In this document: positions 8,700-17,954 of the stretch, piece by piece
Layout: each line of letters starts with the position of its first letter
How positions within the stretch are numbered: the stretch's first letter is position 1
From: Candidatus Omnitrophota bacterium
GTDB lineage: Bacteria; Omnitrophota; Gorgyraeia; Aquiviventales; Aquiviventaceae
Direction: 5' to 3'
NCBI GenBank assembly: GCA_020057015.1
Contig: JAGVGS010000083.1
Location: 1-37,742 of the forward strand
DNA: 37,742 nt
Made by a program: the position numbers and the translations under genes
Notes under the pieces: model-generated
What the model saw: only the letters and a program-made list of their open reading frames with translations
Told to the model about the DNA's origin: nothing
Database searches by the model: none

Positions 8700-9835
8700 G
8701 CGGACGTAATCGCCTCAAGCTCTTCCTCGACCACGATGGCCCGGTGCCAACTCTGCAGCGCCCGAACCACTTGGCTCCAGAAACCTTTGGGCGTCACAAT
8801 AACGTCAAAAGGCTTTCTGCGGGTGCGCACCAGCACGCGCCAGAGCGCCAGCCACGGCACCATGCGCTGTCCGCCGCAGTGCCACTGCACATCAGCATGC
8901 GGCACGATGCCTGCCGAGACACACAGCGCGCGCAGATCCGCCGCCCCACTTCTGACCGCATACGCGTACACATGCGTGCGCCGCCGCGCCAAACCTACCA
9001 ACTGCTCCAGCCATCGCCGCAATTCCGGAGAACCGGCCTGCAGCGGCTCAAACCGTGGCCACAGCACGCGCACCCGCCGTCCCCAGCGCCGCGCGCACCA
9101 GTCGCGATTGCGCGCAAAAAGCGCTTCACGTTCCGGCATCTTGCGCACGGTCTTATGCTCCGCATGGTAGACATAGGCCCCGTGGGCCACAGCGCAACGA
9201 AACCCTGCTTGCTGCACGCGCATGCAAAAATCCTCGTCTTCAAAAAAGATCCTGTCCACTTCTTCGCTAAAGCCCCCGATGCGCTGAAGCACCTCGCGCG
9301 TGATCAACATGCAAAAGCCGATGCACATTCCCACTTCGGTGTACTGGCCGGCACGCTGGCGAAGGCGCGCGGCATACGCCTCGAGCGCCTGGCCTGGGGC
9401 CGGCGCCTCGCCAAAGGTGCTGCTGCTGGGATTGATCACACCAAGATCACGGTGCGCTTGCGCCAGGGCGATCAGTTCTTCCAGCCATCCCGCCGTGAAG
9501 ATCAGATCGTTGTTCAAAATGCAGGCGTAAGGCGCGGTGGATGCCCGAAGACCCCGGTTCATGCCGCGGGGGAACCCCTCGTTGGCATCGTTCTGCAGCA
9601 GCACGACTTCCCGAATGCATCCTTGCGGCTGCACACCCTTCAGATACGTGCGGACGGCTGGTTCGCTGCCGTTATCGACAATGAAGAGCCGGCAGGGCAC
9701 TGTGGTCGCTGCAAACAGGGTCTCCAGGCAAGGCTGCGTTTCCTCGAGGTGGTTCCAGCTGAGCAGGATGAGATCGCAGACGATGCGCCGCACGTCCGCC
9801 TCCTGCGTCTGGGGATCCTCACGACCTGGAGTCAT
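8669..9835 (-). CDS. Glycosyltransferase family 2 (WbbL-like) with an extra C-terminal domain
   Basis: ILLSWNH, IVDNGS, ILNNDL, GFCMLI and FFEDEDFCMR, followed by about 130 extra residues. Start reassigned to ATG 9835 (ATGA overlap). Confidence 0.85.
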   Translation of the reverse strand: MTPGREDPQTQEADVRRIVCDLILLSWNHLEETQPCLETLFAATTVPCRLFIVDNGSEPAVRTYLKGVQPQGCIREVVLLQNDANEGFPRGMNRGLRASTAPYACILNNDLIFTAGWLEELIALAQAHRDLGVINPSSSTFGEAPAPGQALEAYAARLRQRAGQYTEVGMCIGFCMLITREVLQRIGGFSEEVDRIFFEDEDFCMRVQQAGFRCAVAHGAYVYHAEHKTVRKMPEREALFARNRDWCARRWGRRVRVLWPRFEPLQAGSPELRRWLEQLVGLARRRTHVYAYAVRSGAADLRALCVSAGIVPHADVQWHCGGQRMVPWLALWRVLVRTRRKPFDVIVTPKGFWSQVVRALQSWHRAIVVEEELEAITSACQQRSRSQS

Positions 9836-10944
9836 TGGCTCGCCAGACCGCGCGATGCCAGCTCTTGCGACGCTTGCTGCACCCGGTCCACCGAAGCTTG
9901 CGTCTTGCCCCAAGCCACGAGCTCCTCCAAGCCCTGCTTCAGCGTGGCACTGGGACGGTAGCCGAGGGCGGCGAGTTTGGTGATGTCCGCATAGCAATGC
10001 CGGATATCCCCGGCGCGATACTTCAGCGTCAGTTCCGGCTCCAGGGGCACGCCATACAACTGCGCCAGCACCCGGGCCACTTCCCCGATGCTCGTGGGCT
10101 GACCCGTTCCCACATTGAAGACTTCGTAATCCGCACGCACATCCTCCATGACGAGGAGGTTGGCGCGCACGATGTCGCGCACATGCACGAAATCACGGGT
10201 CTGCGCCCCATCTTCATACACCAATGGGCGGTGCCCATTCTTCAAGCGGGCGGAAAAGATGGCGCAGACACCTGTGTAAGGATTTGACAAGGCTTGGCGC
10301 GGCCCATACGCGTTGAAGTACCGCAGCGCCACGGTGGGGATCTGATATGCACGGCCCACCGTCAGGCATAACTCTTCTTGATCGCGCTTGGACACGGCGT
10401 ACACCGATGTCGGCTCCAGCGGCTTGCGCTCCCCTGTGGGGGCGGACGCGGCCGCCTCGCCGCAACTCGCACAGCGCATCTCCCACTCGCCGCGCTTCAG
10501 CTGTGCCAGCCCGCGCAAGGACGGCGCGATAGGGCCGCAACGCTCGCATCGGTACTGCCCCTCGCCGTAAATGCTCATGGAGCTGGCGACCACGAGCTTC
10601 TTCAGCGGCACGCGATCGTTGACGATCACATCCAGCAGGATACCCGTGCCCAGGGCGTTGGCGGCGACATAATGCTCGATCGCATACATCGATTGGCCCA
10701 CGCCCACCACGGCCGCCTCATGAAACACAACGTCGCTTTGCCGCAGCGCCTGGCGCAGCATGGCGCGATCGCGCACGTCGCCGCTTACGTATTCGGCCGC
10801 CGGGTTCAAATACTCGGGGCGGCGGCCTTCGTGCACCTGGGGATCAAAATTATCCAACACCCGCACCCGGTGGCCGCCCTGCACCAACGCGTCCACCAAG
10901 TGTGAGCCGATGAACCCAGCACCCCCGGTCACGAGGACGTGCAT
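9832..10944 (-). CDS. NAD-dependent epimerase/dehydratase, WbiB (dTDP-L-rhamnose 4-epimerase)-like
   Basis: VTGGAGFIGSH, GVGQSMY, YAVSK and YGPRQALSNPYTG, plus an internal CERCG...CASCG insert. Confidence 0.8.
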   Translation of the reverse strand: MHVLVTGGAGFIGSHLVDALVQGGHRVRVLDNFDPQVHEGRRPEYLNPAAEYVSGDVRDRAMLRQALRQSDVVFHEAAVVGVGQSMYAIEHYVAANALGTGILLDVIVNDRVPLKKLVVASSMSIYGEGQYRCERCGPIAPSLRGLAQLKRGEWEMRCASCGEAAASAPTGERKPLEPTSVYAVSKRDQEELCLTVGRAYQIPTVALRYFNAYGPRQALSNPYTGVCAIFSARLKNGHRPLVYEDGAQTRDFVHVRDIVRANLLVMEDVRADYEVFNVGTGQPTSIGEVARVLAQLYGVPLEPELTLKYRAGDIRHCYADITKLAALGYRPSATLKQGLEELVAWGKTQASVDRVQQASQELASRGLASQ

Positions 10945-11807
10945 GCCTGCGTGTCCTTTCCATCAACGGTCAGCGCCCTGACCAGCCCCTGCGCCGCCAG
11001 ATACGCCCAGAGTTGTTTGAACCGCTCACGATACGTATGATGTTGCCGGACGGTCTCGCACCCCCGTCGTGCGATGACGTCGCGCTCCTCGGCGTGGGTC
11101 AAATAATAGGCCACCAACCCCGGCATCTCGCGCAACGAACGGTAGGCCACAAAATGACGCCCCGCCTCCAACCCAAGCTGCGCGTAATCGTCGTCTCGAA
11201 TGGCATTCGTTACCAGCAGGCATCCCGAGGCCATCACTTCAAACGCCCGCATGTTTACGTCATCTGCTATTGAGTAATTAAAGCCGATCTTAGCCTGACT
11301 GTAAATCTCGGAAATACGCTCGTAAGGTGCGGAGCCGATCTGGCTGATCGGGTACTGCTCGCGCAGCGCTTGCAGCACAAACTTTCTCGGAATCCCGCCC
11401 TCGGTTCCGACGAACCCAATATCCCAGCGCCGCGGTCCCGGCAACGGCCGGTGCCATTCCGGATCGCAGGCCAGCGGCACCCACGCAGCCCCCAGCGCGT
11501 GCGCCGCCCGCTGATGGCAGCAACAGAGCGCCTCAAACCGCCGAGCCATGCGCCGGATCTTCCGCCAGCTATGCGGCAAGTGGGTATCAATCGCATAAAA
11601 AACCGCCGGACGGCAGTGCACGGGCAGCGGCCGTTCATAATCATCCCCATGGTCCACTCGGAGGTAGAGATCATACCCCCCAGGGATGCGGTCAGCGTCT
11701 CGCAACCACCAATGCTCCGCAGCCAAGCCCAACTGCTTTGCCGCGCGGCAAAAATAGATCCCGGTCGTCTCCGGGCGCGCACTGTCGAAGATCAGCGCCA
11801 CGCGCAT
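10929..11807 (-). CDS. CgeB-like glycosyltransferase (Glyco_trans_1_2 type)
   Basis: WVPLACDPEWH, DIGFVG, KIGFN, NMRAFEVMASGCLLVT and HHTYRER motifs. Confidence 0.8.
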   Translation of the reverse strand: MRVALIFDSARPETTGIYFCRAAKQLGLAAEHWWLRDADRIPGGYDLYLRVDHGDDYERPLPVHCRPAVFYAIDTHLPHSWRKIRRMARRFEALCCCHQRAAHALGAAWVPLACDPEWHRPLPGPRRWDIGFVGTEGGIPRKFVLQALREQYPISQIGSAPYERISEIYSQAKIGFNYSIADDVNMRAFEVMASGCLLVTNAIRDDDYAQLGLEAGRHFVAYRSLREMPGLVAYYLTHAEERDVIARRGCETVRQHHTYRERFKQLWAYLAAQGLVRALTVDGKDTQACTSS

Positions 11808-11824
11808 GACCCTGCACTGCCGGC

Positions 11825-11853
11825 TTGCGCATAGGAGACGACATCCGTAGAAT
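11825..11853 (+). promoter_or_regulatory. Candidate sigma70 promoter for the plus-strand methyltransferase (probably leaderless)
   Basis: TTGCGC (11825-11830), a 17-nt spacer, then TAGAAT (11848-11853). The ATG at 11861 follows after a 7-nt gap, inside the only divergent intergenic gap in the window. Confidence 0.6.
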
Positions 11854-11860
11854 ACCCTGT

Positions 11861-12373
11861 ATGGAAATCCTCGATGTCGGTTGCGGCGATGCCCGCGACG
11901 CCCGCGCCACCGTCGGCATTGATCTTCGCAAGCACCCCGGCGTGGATGTGGTGCACAACCTGGAGCAGTTCCCCTGGCCCCTGCCCGAGGCGCAATTTGA
12001 CCGGGTCATTCTGCGCGATGTCATTGAGCATCTGGACGACGTTGTGGGGACGATGGAAGAGCTGCACCGCATCTGCAAGCCGCAGGGCATCATTGAAATT
12101 TGGACGCCCCATTTCGCCCATCCGAATTCCTTCCATGACCCCACGCACAAGCATCACTTTACCCTGGCCACCTTTGATTATTTTACCGGCGACCGCACCT
12201 ACCCGCGATATGTGCGCTGCCGCTTTCGCATGGCGGTCCGCCGGTTGCTCTTTGACAAACATGAATGGACAGGCCGATGCCTCGCCCGGCTCAGCGAGCG
12301 CCATTACGAAAAGCATTACTCTCACCGGTTTCCTCCACGGGGTTTGTACTTCGAACTGCTAGTGCTGAAATAG
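11861..12373 (+). CDS. Class I SAM-dependent methyltransferase (Methyltransf_11-like); only plus-strand gene
   Basis: ILDVGCG, VHNLEQFPWPL, DVIEHL, ELHRICKPQG and DPTH motifs. ATG 11861 preferred over TTG 11825. Confidence 0.85.
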   Translation: MEILDVGCGDARDARATVGIDLRKHPGVDVVHNLEQFPWPLPEAQFDRVILRDVIEHLDDVVGTMEELHRICKPQGIIEIWTPHFAHPNSFHDPTHKHHFTLATFDYFTGDRTYPRYVRCRFRMAVRRLLFDKHEWTGRCLARLSERHYEKHYSHRFPPRGLYFELLVLK

Positions 12374-12764
12374 CCTCACCCGACACCGGGATGCCGCCGC
12401 GCGAGAGGACGTAGCGCCCATCCGGCCCCAGCGCGATAAGCGCCAGCGGCCGGCGCAGCAGGCGGGCCAAGAGAATCCAGCGCCGCTGAGATTTCTCATT
12501 ATCAACGAGCAAGGCGCTCAGGCGTCCGATCCCAGCCAAGTACAGCGCAAGACCCAAGACCGCGGGCACAAACCACGAGCGCGGGACATCCACGATACGA
12601 ACGCCCGCGAGGGGGCGGATCAGCGGCCGCGCGGCGCCCAGGCGTCCTTTCACGACATGGTAGCAGCCCCGGCCCTCACGGCTCAGCATGATGGAGTATT
12701 CCCGGGCCGCCCGCCACTCGCGCTCTACCAACGAAAGCACAACCTGCCTAGTGGGTGCGGTCAA
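12291..12764 (-). CDS. Hypothetical protein resembling a stand-alone GT-B N-terminal Rossmann-like domain
   Basis: TTG start at 12764 overlaps the upstream TGA (TTGA). Alternating beta/alpha pattern (VVLSLVERE...CYHVVKG...SALLVDNE). The 3' end overlaps the convergent methyltransferase. Confidence 0.55.
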   Translation of the reverse strand: MTAPTRQVVLSLVEREWRAAREYSIMLSREGRGCYHVVKGRLGAARPLIRPLAGVRIVDVPRSWFVPAVLGLALYLAGIGRLSALLVDNEKSQRRWILLARLLRRPLALIALGPDGRYVLSRGGIPVSGEAISALAVRSTNPVEETGESNAFRNGAR

Positions 12765-13873
12765 TTCGGCGCTTCCGTCAGGAGTGCCACACAGGCCTCG
12801 ATCACCTCGGCCGCGTCGATCGTCGTGAGACACGCGCGCTCGTAAGGGCATGGGGGCAACCGGAACTGATGGTAACACGGGCGACAGGCTAACTCCATCC
12901 GGCAGACCACCCGGTGCCGAGGGTTCGTCATGGGATAGGGCCCGTAGACCACCGGATCAACAGGGCCGAATAGCGAAACAGTGCGCACCTGTTGGCTGAC
13001 CGCCAGGTGCAGTGGGCCGCCATCGTTGCAGATCACGAGGTCCAGTTCGCTCAAGAGACTGACGAATCCTCCCAGGTTGGTTTGGCCGCTTACATCCACC
13101 GCCAGGCCTTTCATCTGTTGCGCAACTTCTTGGCACGTCTGGCGATCCGCGGCCTCGCCGAACAGCAAAATGTGTGCCTGGAAGCGCTCCTGCAGGGCAT
13201 CCGCGACGGCTGCAAAGCCGGCGGCCCCCCACCGCCTGAAGGGCGCGCCGCTGCCCCAACTCACCCCGCCGGCAGGAATGATGCCCACCCGCGGCCGGTG
13301 GCGGTCCAGCTGATGCGCTGCCAGCCACTGTCTCGCCCAGTGGTGATCCGTGTCGGAGGGCTGGAATTCGAGCCGCTCATGGCTCCCCCGGACTCCGAGC
13401 CATGCCAGCAGCTCCCAGTAGAAATCGACGATATGACGGCCATGGTAGCCCTCAATATCAAACGCCTCGCTGAGAAACCTCCCGCGGGCTTTATAGTTGA
13501 AGCCCACCCGCCTCGGCACCCCCAGCAGCCGCAGCAGAAAGCTATAGCGCTCGCCGAGCGAAAGGTCGATCGCGAGGTCAAAACGCCGTCGGCGGATCTC
13601 GGAAAGCAGCTGCCCCAGGTAGGCCAATCCTCGTAGGGGCGCGCGGCGCCACAATCGGATGGCATCATCCTTCTCGTAGACAAAGACCTCGTCAACATGC
13701 GGATTGGTCTTTAGGACGGGTTCGGTCCGCCGGTTGCACAGGTAGCCCAGGAAGCTATGAGGAAAAGCCTTCCGCACCGCGCTGACGAGGGGCGTGCTGA
13801 ACAGCACATCCCCGATGCCGAACGGATTGACGATCAGAATGCGCTGCGGCGCGCTACGCGGCCTAGCCCACAT
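12761..13873 (-). CDS. Glycosyltransferase family 9 (LPS heptosyltransferase-like)
   Basis: ILIVNPFGIGDVLFSTP, ICNDGGPLHLA, SLFGPVDP and the C-terminal CRPC...C...C motif. Confidence 0.9.
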   Translation of the reverse strand: MWARPRSAPQRILIVNPFGIGDVLFSTPLVSAVRKAFPHSFLGYLCNRRTEPVLKTNPHVDEVFVYEKDDAIRLWRRAPLRGLAYLGQLLSEIRRRRFDLAIDLSLGERYSFLLRLLGVPRRVGFNYKARGRFLSEAFDIEGYHGRHIVDFYWELLAWLGVRGSHERLEFQPSDTDHHWARQWLAAHQLDRHRPRVGIIPAGGVSWGSGAPFRRWGAAGFAAVADALQERFQAHILLFGEAADRQTCQEVAQQMKGLAVDVSGQTNLGGFVSLLSELDLVICNDGGPLHLAVSQQVRTVSLFGPVDPVVYGPYPMTNPRHRVVCRMELACRPCYHQFRLPPCPYERACLTTIDAAEVIEACVALLTEAPN

Positions 13874-14843
13874 AGCCCTTGACAGCCTCTAGCACCTCCT
13901 CGACACTGATGTCTTCCATGGAAGGCTTGGCGATGACGGTATGGCGTTGCCCCCAAGGGCCCCAGCGCCCTGGACCTTCGGCCGCAGCACTCGTCCCGAA
14001 CAACGCCACGACAGCGGTACCCACGGCGGCTGCTAAGTGGACCGGTCCGCTGTCATTGGAAATCAAGAGTCTCGCCTGCTGCAGGACGGCTGCCAGCTCC
14101 TGCAGGTCCAAACGGCCGACGAGATCATACACCAGGCTGTGCGATGGCACGAGTGTCGGCACGCGCGCCTGCATCGCCCGCTCACCGACAATCGCCACCG
14201 GCAGATGCCACGTCTCTGTGAGCCGGCGAATCAGCTCGGCATATCTCGCCAGGGCCCATTCTTTCTTGGCTGTTGAGGCCCATGGATGGATGACCGCCAA
14301 GTGCCCCACCCCTCTCCAGCCCTGAACCTCCAGGATCCTCTGGCTTTGCTTCATGGCATCCTCGGTAGGCCTAAGACGCCACTCCGGAAGCAATCGTAGC
14401 AGAGGATCAAACACCTGCAGCAAGGCGAGGTTGGACTCGACTTCATGCCGCCAGCCAGCCTGGCGCGTGTCTTCAAGCGTCCGGTTGAGCAGCCCACCCC
14501 ATTTTCTGCGATAGCCGACACGCAGCGGAATGCCTGCAAGCCATACCGCCAGATGCAGCTCTTTCGACGCGTTGGACACGATGGCCGCATCAAAATGATG
14601 CGCCCTCAACTGCCAGCCCAGACGCAGAGCCCGCCACCACCAGAGTCTCCGATCCCCTGGAGCGTGGGGCAGCACCCCTGCAATGCCCGGTATCGCCCGC
14701 ATGAGCTCCGCAAGCTGTGGTCGCACCAGCAAGGTGATGCGCATCTCGGGATGCCTGCCGGCCAGGGCCGCCAGGGTTGGCAGGTTAAGAATAGTTTCAC
14801 CGAGACGATCAGTGCGGAGATACACCAGCCGATCGACCCGCAT
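13863..14843 (-). CDS. Glycosyltransferase family 9 (LPS heptosyltransferase-like)
   Basis: RTDRLGE, IHPWAS...KEW, ISNDSGPVHLAAAVG and ALFG. Confidence 0.9.
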   Translation of the reverse strand: MRVDRLVYLRTDRLGETILNLPTLAALAGRHPEMRITLLVRPQLAELMRAIPGIAGVLPHAPGDRRLWWWRALRLGWQLRAHHFDAAIVSNASKELHLAVWLAGIPLRVGYRRKWGGLLNRTLEDTRQAGWRHEVESNLALLQVFDPLLRLLPEWRLRPTEDAMKQSQRILEVQGWRGVGHLAVIHPWASTAKKEWALARYAELIRRLTETWHLPVAIVGERAMQARVPTLVPSHSLVYDLVGRLDLQELAAVLQQARLLISNDSGPVHLAAAVGTAVVALFGTSAAAEGPGRWGPWGQRHTVIAKPSMEDISVEEVLEAVKGYVG

Positions 14844-14856
14844 CGCGGATGGCTGG

Positions 14857-16140
14857 CTAGGTCAGCTGAGCTTCTACGATGGCCGCCGGGCTTGCTGAGC
14901 CAGGCTCACGCACCGCGCTGGATTCGTGCGAGCTCGACATCCGGATCCGCTCCGCCAGGCCAAGCGCCAAGCCGGCCAGCATCCAGAATAACACCGCGTG
15001 GCGCAGTGAATAGAAGTTCGTGTCGATGCCAGCTTGAGCAAGAAAACCCACGAGTCCCGCAATGAGGGCAGCCAACAACGCCCGCAATGGTCCATCCGCT
15101 GTCCGGCGCACTTCTCGGAACAAGTATAGCCCCATCTGCGCGAGTAGCCACACAAACGCCACTAACCCGATGAGGCCGGTTTCAGCCCACATCTGTAGAT
15201 AGCAATTGTGTGCGTACCGCGGCTGTTGTTCCCCCCCCACCCAGTAACGGAGGTAATTGGCCATAAAGGTGTTCAGCCCGTGGCCGACGAGGGGCCGCGT
15301 ACGGATCATGCCCCAAGCAGCTTGCCACATGAACCATCGGTCCTGCATGCCGCGATCCACCCATCTTGTGACAGTGTGCATGCCTCCCGTCGGCACGAGG
15401 ATCGCCGCACCCAAGCCGATCCCAAGCATGAGAAAGACCATGAACGGTCCGCGCAGCCATCGACTTAACCAGAAGCCGCAACCCAGCGCGATGACAAATC
15501 CTATCCACGCGCTTTGGGCTTCAGTGCGAATCAGACAACCGGCTGCGACGCCGACCACACCCCACACTCCGACACGTGGCACACTACGGACGTGACCCGT
15601 TAGGGCGATGAGGATAGGAATTGCCACGAGTAGATACGTCCCCAAATCGATCGGGTTCTTATATGGGCCTGTCATTCGCTCATAGACTATCCAGGAATAA
15701 CCCCGCAGCAATCCCCTTCCCGTGAGTTCCTGCGTGATCCCTTCGAAGGCTACCAAAAGTGTGGACCAGGCCATGAGCATCCCGCAGCGCTCGGCGACTC
15801 CTGGCCTGACACCGAGATCAGCGACCGCCATAAAGAGGAGTAGGTATTCAAGCCACTTGTTTACGAGCCCATTCAAGCTTAGAGCCTGGTCGGTGCTCAC
15901 CAAGACTGAGAACGCGAACACGCCAACGCAACCTGCCAGAGCCCATATCACGGGTCGGACCTGCGGCCGCAACCAGAGAGTTTGCCACCGTGTGCGCGGA
16001 TTGCAACGGTCGCATAGCCACCCAAGAATGAGCAGGCTGGACGAGATCTCGGCCACTGCGTTGGAAAACGGCAGGAGCAGGAAGAGGAGAAACAAAGCCA
16101 CATATTGCACAGAGGCCGAGAGGCGGCGCAGCTCGTCCAT
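14857..16140 (-). CDS. O-antigen ligase family protein (WaaL/Wzy_C)
   Basis: Many hydrophobic segments, RMTGPYKNP, DRWFMWQAAWGMI..RPLVGHG and YAHNCYLQMWAETGLIG. Start at ATG 16140 (TAATG overlap). Confidence 0.88.
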   Translation of the reverse strand: MDELRRLSASVQYVALFLLFLLLPFSNAVAEISSSLLILGWLCDRCNPRTRWQTLWLRPQVRPVIWALAGCVGVFAFSVLVSTDQALSLNGLVNKWLEYLLLFMAVADLGVRPGVAERCGMLMAWSTLLVAFEGITQELTGRGLLRGYSWIVYERMTGPYKNPIDLGTYLLVAIPILIALTGHVRSVPRVGVWGVVGVAAGCLIRTEAQSAWIGFVIALGCGFWLSRWLRGPFMVFLMLGIGLGAAILVPTGGMHTVTRWVDRGMQDRWFMWQAAWGMIRTRPLVGHGLNTFMANYLRYWVGGEQQPRYAHNCYLQMWAETGLIGLVAFVWLLAQMGLYLFREVRRTADGPLRALLAALIAGLVGFLAQAGIDTNFYSLRHAVLFWMLAGLALGLAERIRMSSSHESSAVREPGSASPAAIVEAQLT

Positions 16141-17954
16141 TAGGCCACAATAACGCCAGCTGTTACCACTTTCCACGCCACTTCCCTCGGCATACAGAGA
16201 TTCCGAATGTGCTCAAGCAGATCTCCGGGTGGATCAGCGACCGCGATGAGCACTTCCCGCACCTCATACCTATCCAAAAGGTTGCCGAGCTGGTGACGTG
16301 TGCCTAATACCGTGGCGCCGTGAAGGCGCTCACCCTGTTTGCTTGGATCATCATCGAGAAATCCGACTACGCGCCAGGCAGCCTTTGTATCGCTCCGGAG
16401 CATCCGCAACACGTGAGCCCCTGTGTCCCCTGCCCCTATAATGAGGATCGGCACACCCGGCTTGACCGCTGCGCGGATCCATTCATCGAACAGGCGCTCT
16501 AGCATCCTGGAGCCACCCACCGCGAAGAGGCAGAGCATCCAATCAATTACGAACACCGCCCGTGAATATCCCTCAAACCGCCAGAGGTAGAGCAATGCCA
16601 CAGCGCAGAGGATCGATGAGAATGTCGCCGCTTTCACTATAGCCATCACATCCCGCAGACTCAGATAACGCCAGACCCCTCGATACAAGCCGCAGCCTGC
16701 AAAGCACGCAAGTTTCAAAACTAAGATTACGGGGAGCGCTCGAACGATGAGCCCTTGGTCCTCTGCGCTTAACGAGCCTTCGAAGCGGAGGAGATGTGCA
16801 AAGATATAGGCGCTGACCACGAGAATAAAATCCACGAGTATCTCGATCAGACGCCGCTTATGGAGCAGCATGGTTTCAATGAGAGTGGTGTCCTCGCGGG
16901 TGCCTCCTCCCGCATATTTCGTCGTCGCATCCGCCAGGCGATACACCTTGACTTGGGCCAAGAAGCGGCCGCAGAGCACAAGAACAGCCAACGCGCACAG
17001 CCACACCATCGCAGCGATCAATGATGTGAAGGTGGCAGACACGACACTTACCATACCAAATGAGAAACTCAACAGGTAGAGCACGACCACCGTTTGCCTT
17101 GTGCTCAACCCAAGGATCGCCAGACGGTGAGAAACGTGGTCGGTGCCACCGATAAAGGGATGTTGACGGTGCGCCAATCTCTGCAGCGTGACGAAGCAGG
17201 TATCAAAGATTGGAACTGCCAGGACCAATGTCGGCCCTGCCAGCACCATGAGCAGCTGGGTCGAATGGCGCCAGGTCCCGAGCAGGGCAAGGCCTGCCAG
17301 GCTTAAGCCAAGAAGATGGCTGCCGGAATCTCCCATGAAGATCTTCGCGGGAGCGAAATTATAACGCAGAAATCCGATGCAGGCTCCGCTGACAATGAGG
17401 GCCATCGCTGCCACGGTCCATTGATTGGCCAGGGCCGCATGGAAGGCGCAGAAGAGTGCGGCGATTCCGCCAATGCCGGCTGCCAAACCATCCATATTAT
17501 CAAGGAGATTAAACGCGTTCATGATGAACACGAGCCACAAAATGGAGAGTGGGATCGACATCCACGGCCATGGAATCAGCTCAATCCGCAAGCCTCCCAC
17601 GACGGCCACGCAACCCACTAAGAGCTGTGCCACCAGCTTCGTATAGGGCTGCATCCGCCGCAAATCATCCACCAGCCCTACCCCAAAAACAAGCGTTCCA
17701 GCTATGAGGAGCGTCATGATTTTCGGCTCGAGCGGCACCCAGCTTAGCGTGGCCGCCATGAAGCCGATGAACATCGCCACACCCCCGAGACGCGCGATGG
17801 CGCGCCGCCCCCATCGATCCTCAAGCGGCTTTGTAATCAGCCCAAGGCGCACCGCCATGGCGCGGACCAACGGGGTAATAACCGCTGTCAACCCTAACGC
17901 GGTCGCACCCGCAAGAACAGCCCGCAATCCTTGTTGGGGTATCTCTAGAGACAT
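16140..17954 (-). CDS. WecA/MraY-family polyprenyl-phosphate N-acetylhexosamine-1-P transferase fused to a CapD/WcaJ-type N-terminal TM + Rossmann (CoA-binding-like) module
   Basis: N-terminal half has GLVDD, NAFNLLDNMDGLA, IFMGDSG and DHVSHRL. C-terminal half has GLYRGVWRY, ILIIGAGDTG and VVGFLDDDPSKQG. Confidence 0.85.
   Translation of the reverse strand: MSLEIPQQGLRAVLAGATALGLTAVITPLVRAMAVRLGLITKPLEDRWGRRAIARLGGVAMFIGFMAATLSWVPLEPKIMTLLIAGTLVFGVGLVDDLRRMQPYTKLVAQLLVGCVAVVGGLRIELIPWPWMSIPLSILWLVFIMNAFNLLDNMDGLAAGIGGIAALFCAFHAALANQWTVAAMALIVSGACIGFLRYNFAPAKIFMGDSGSHLLGLSLAGLALLGTWRHSTQLLMVLAGPTLVLAVPIFDTCFVTLQRLAHRQHPFIGGTDHVSHRLAILGLSTRQTVVVLYLLSFSFGMVSVVSATFTSLIAAMVWLCALAVLVLCGRFLAQVKVYRLADATTKYAGGGTREDTTLIETMLLHKRRLIEILVDFILVVSAYIFAHLLRFEGSLSAEDQGLIVRALPVILVLKLACFAGCGLYRGVWRYLSLRDVMAIVKAATFSSILCAVALLYLWRFEGYSRAVFVIDWMLCLFAVGGSRMLERLFDEWIRAAVKPGVPILIIGAGDTGAHVLRMLRSDTKAAWRVVGFLDDDPSKQGERLHGATVLGTRHQLGNLLDRYEVREVLIAVADPPGDLLEHIRNLCMPREVAWKVVTAGVIVA

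Noticed and set aside
7644-9961. Long plus-strand ORFs of 508 aa and 423 aa
   Set aside because: They lie opposite well-supported GT2 genes. Long antisense frames are expected in GC-rich coding DNA, and these have no motifs.
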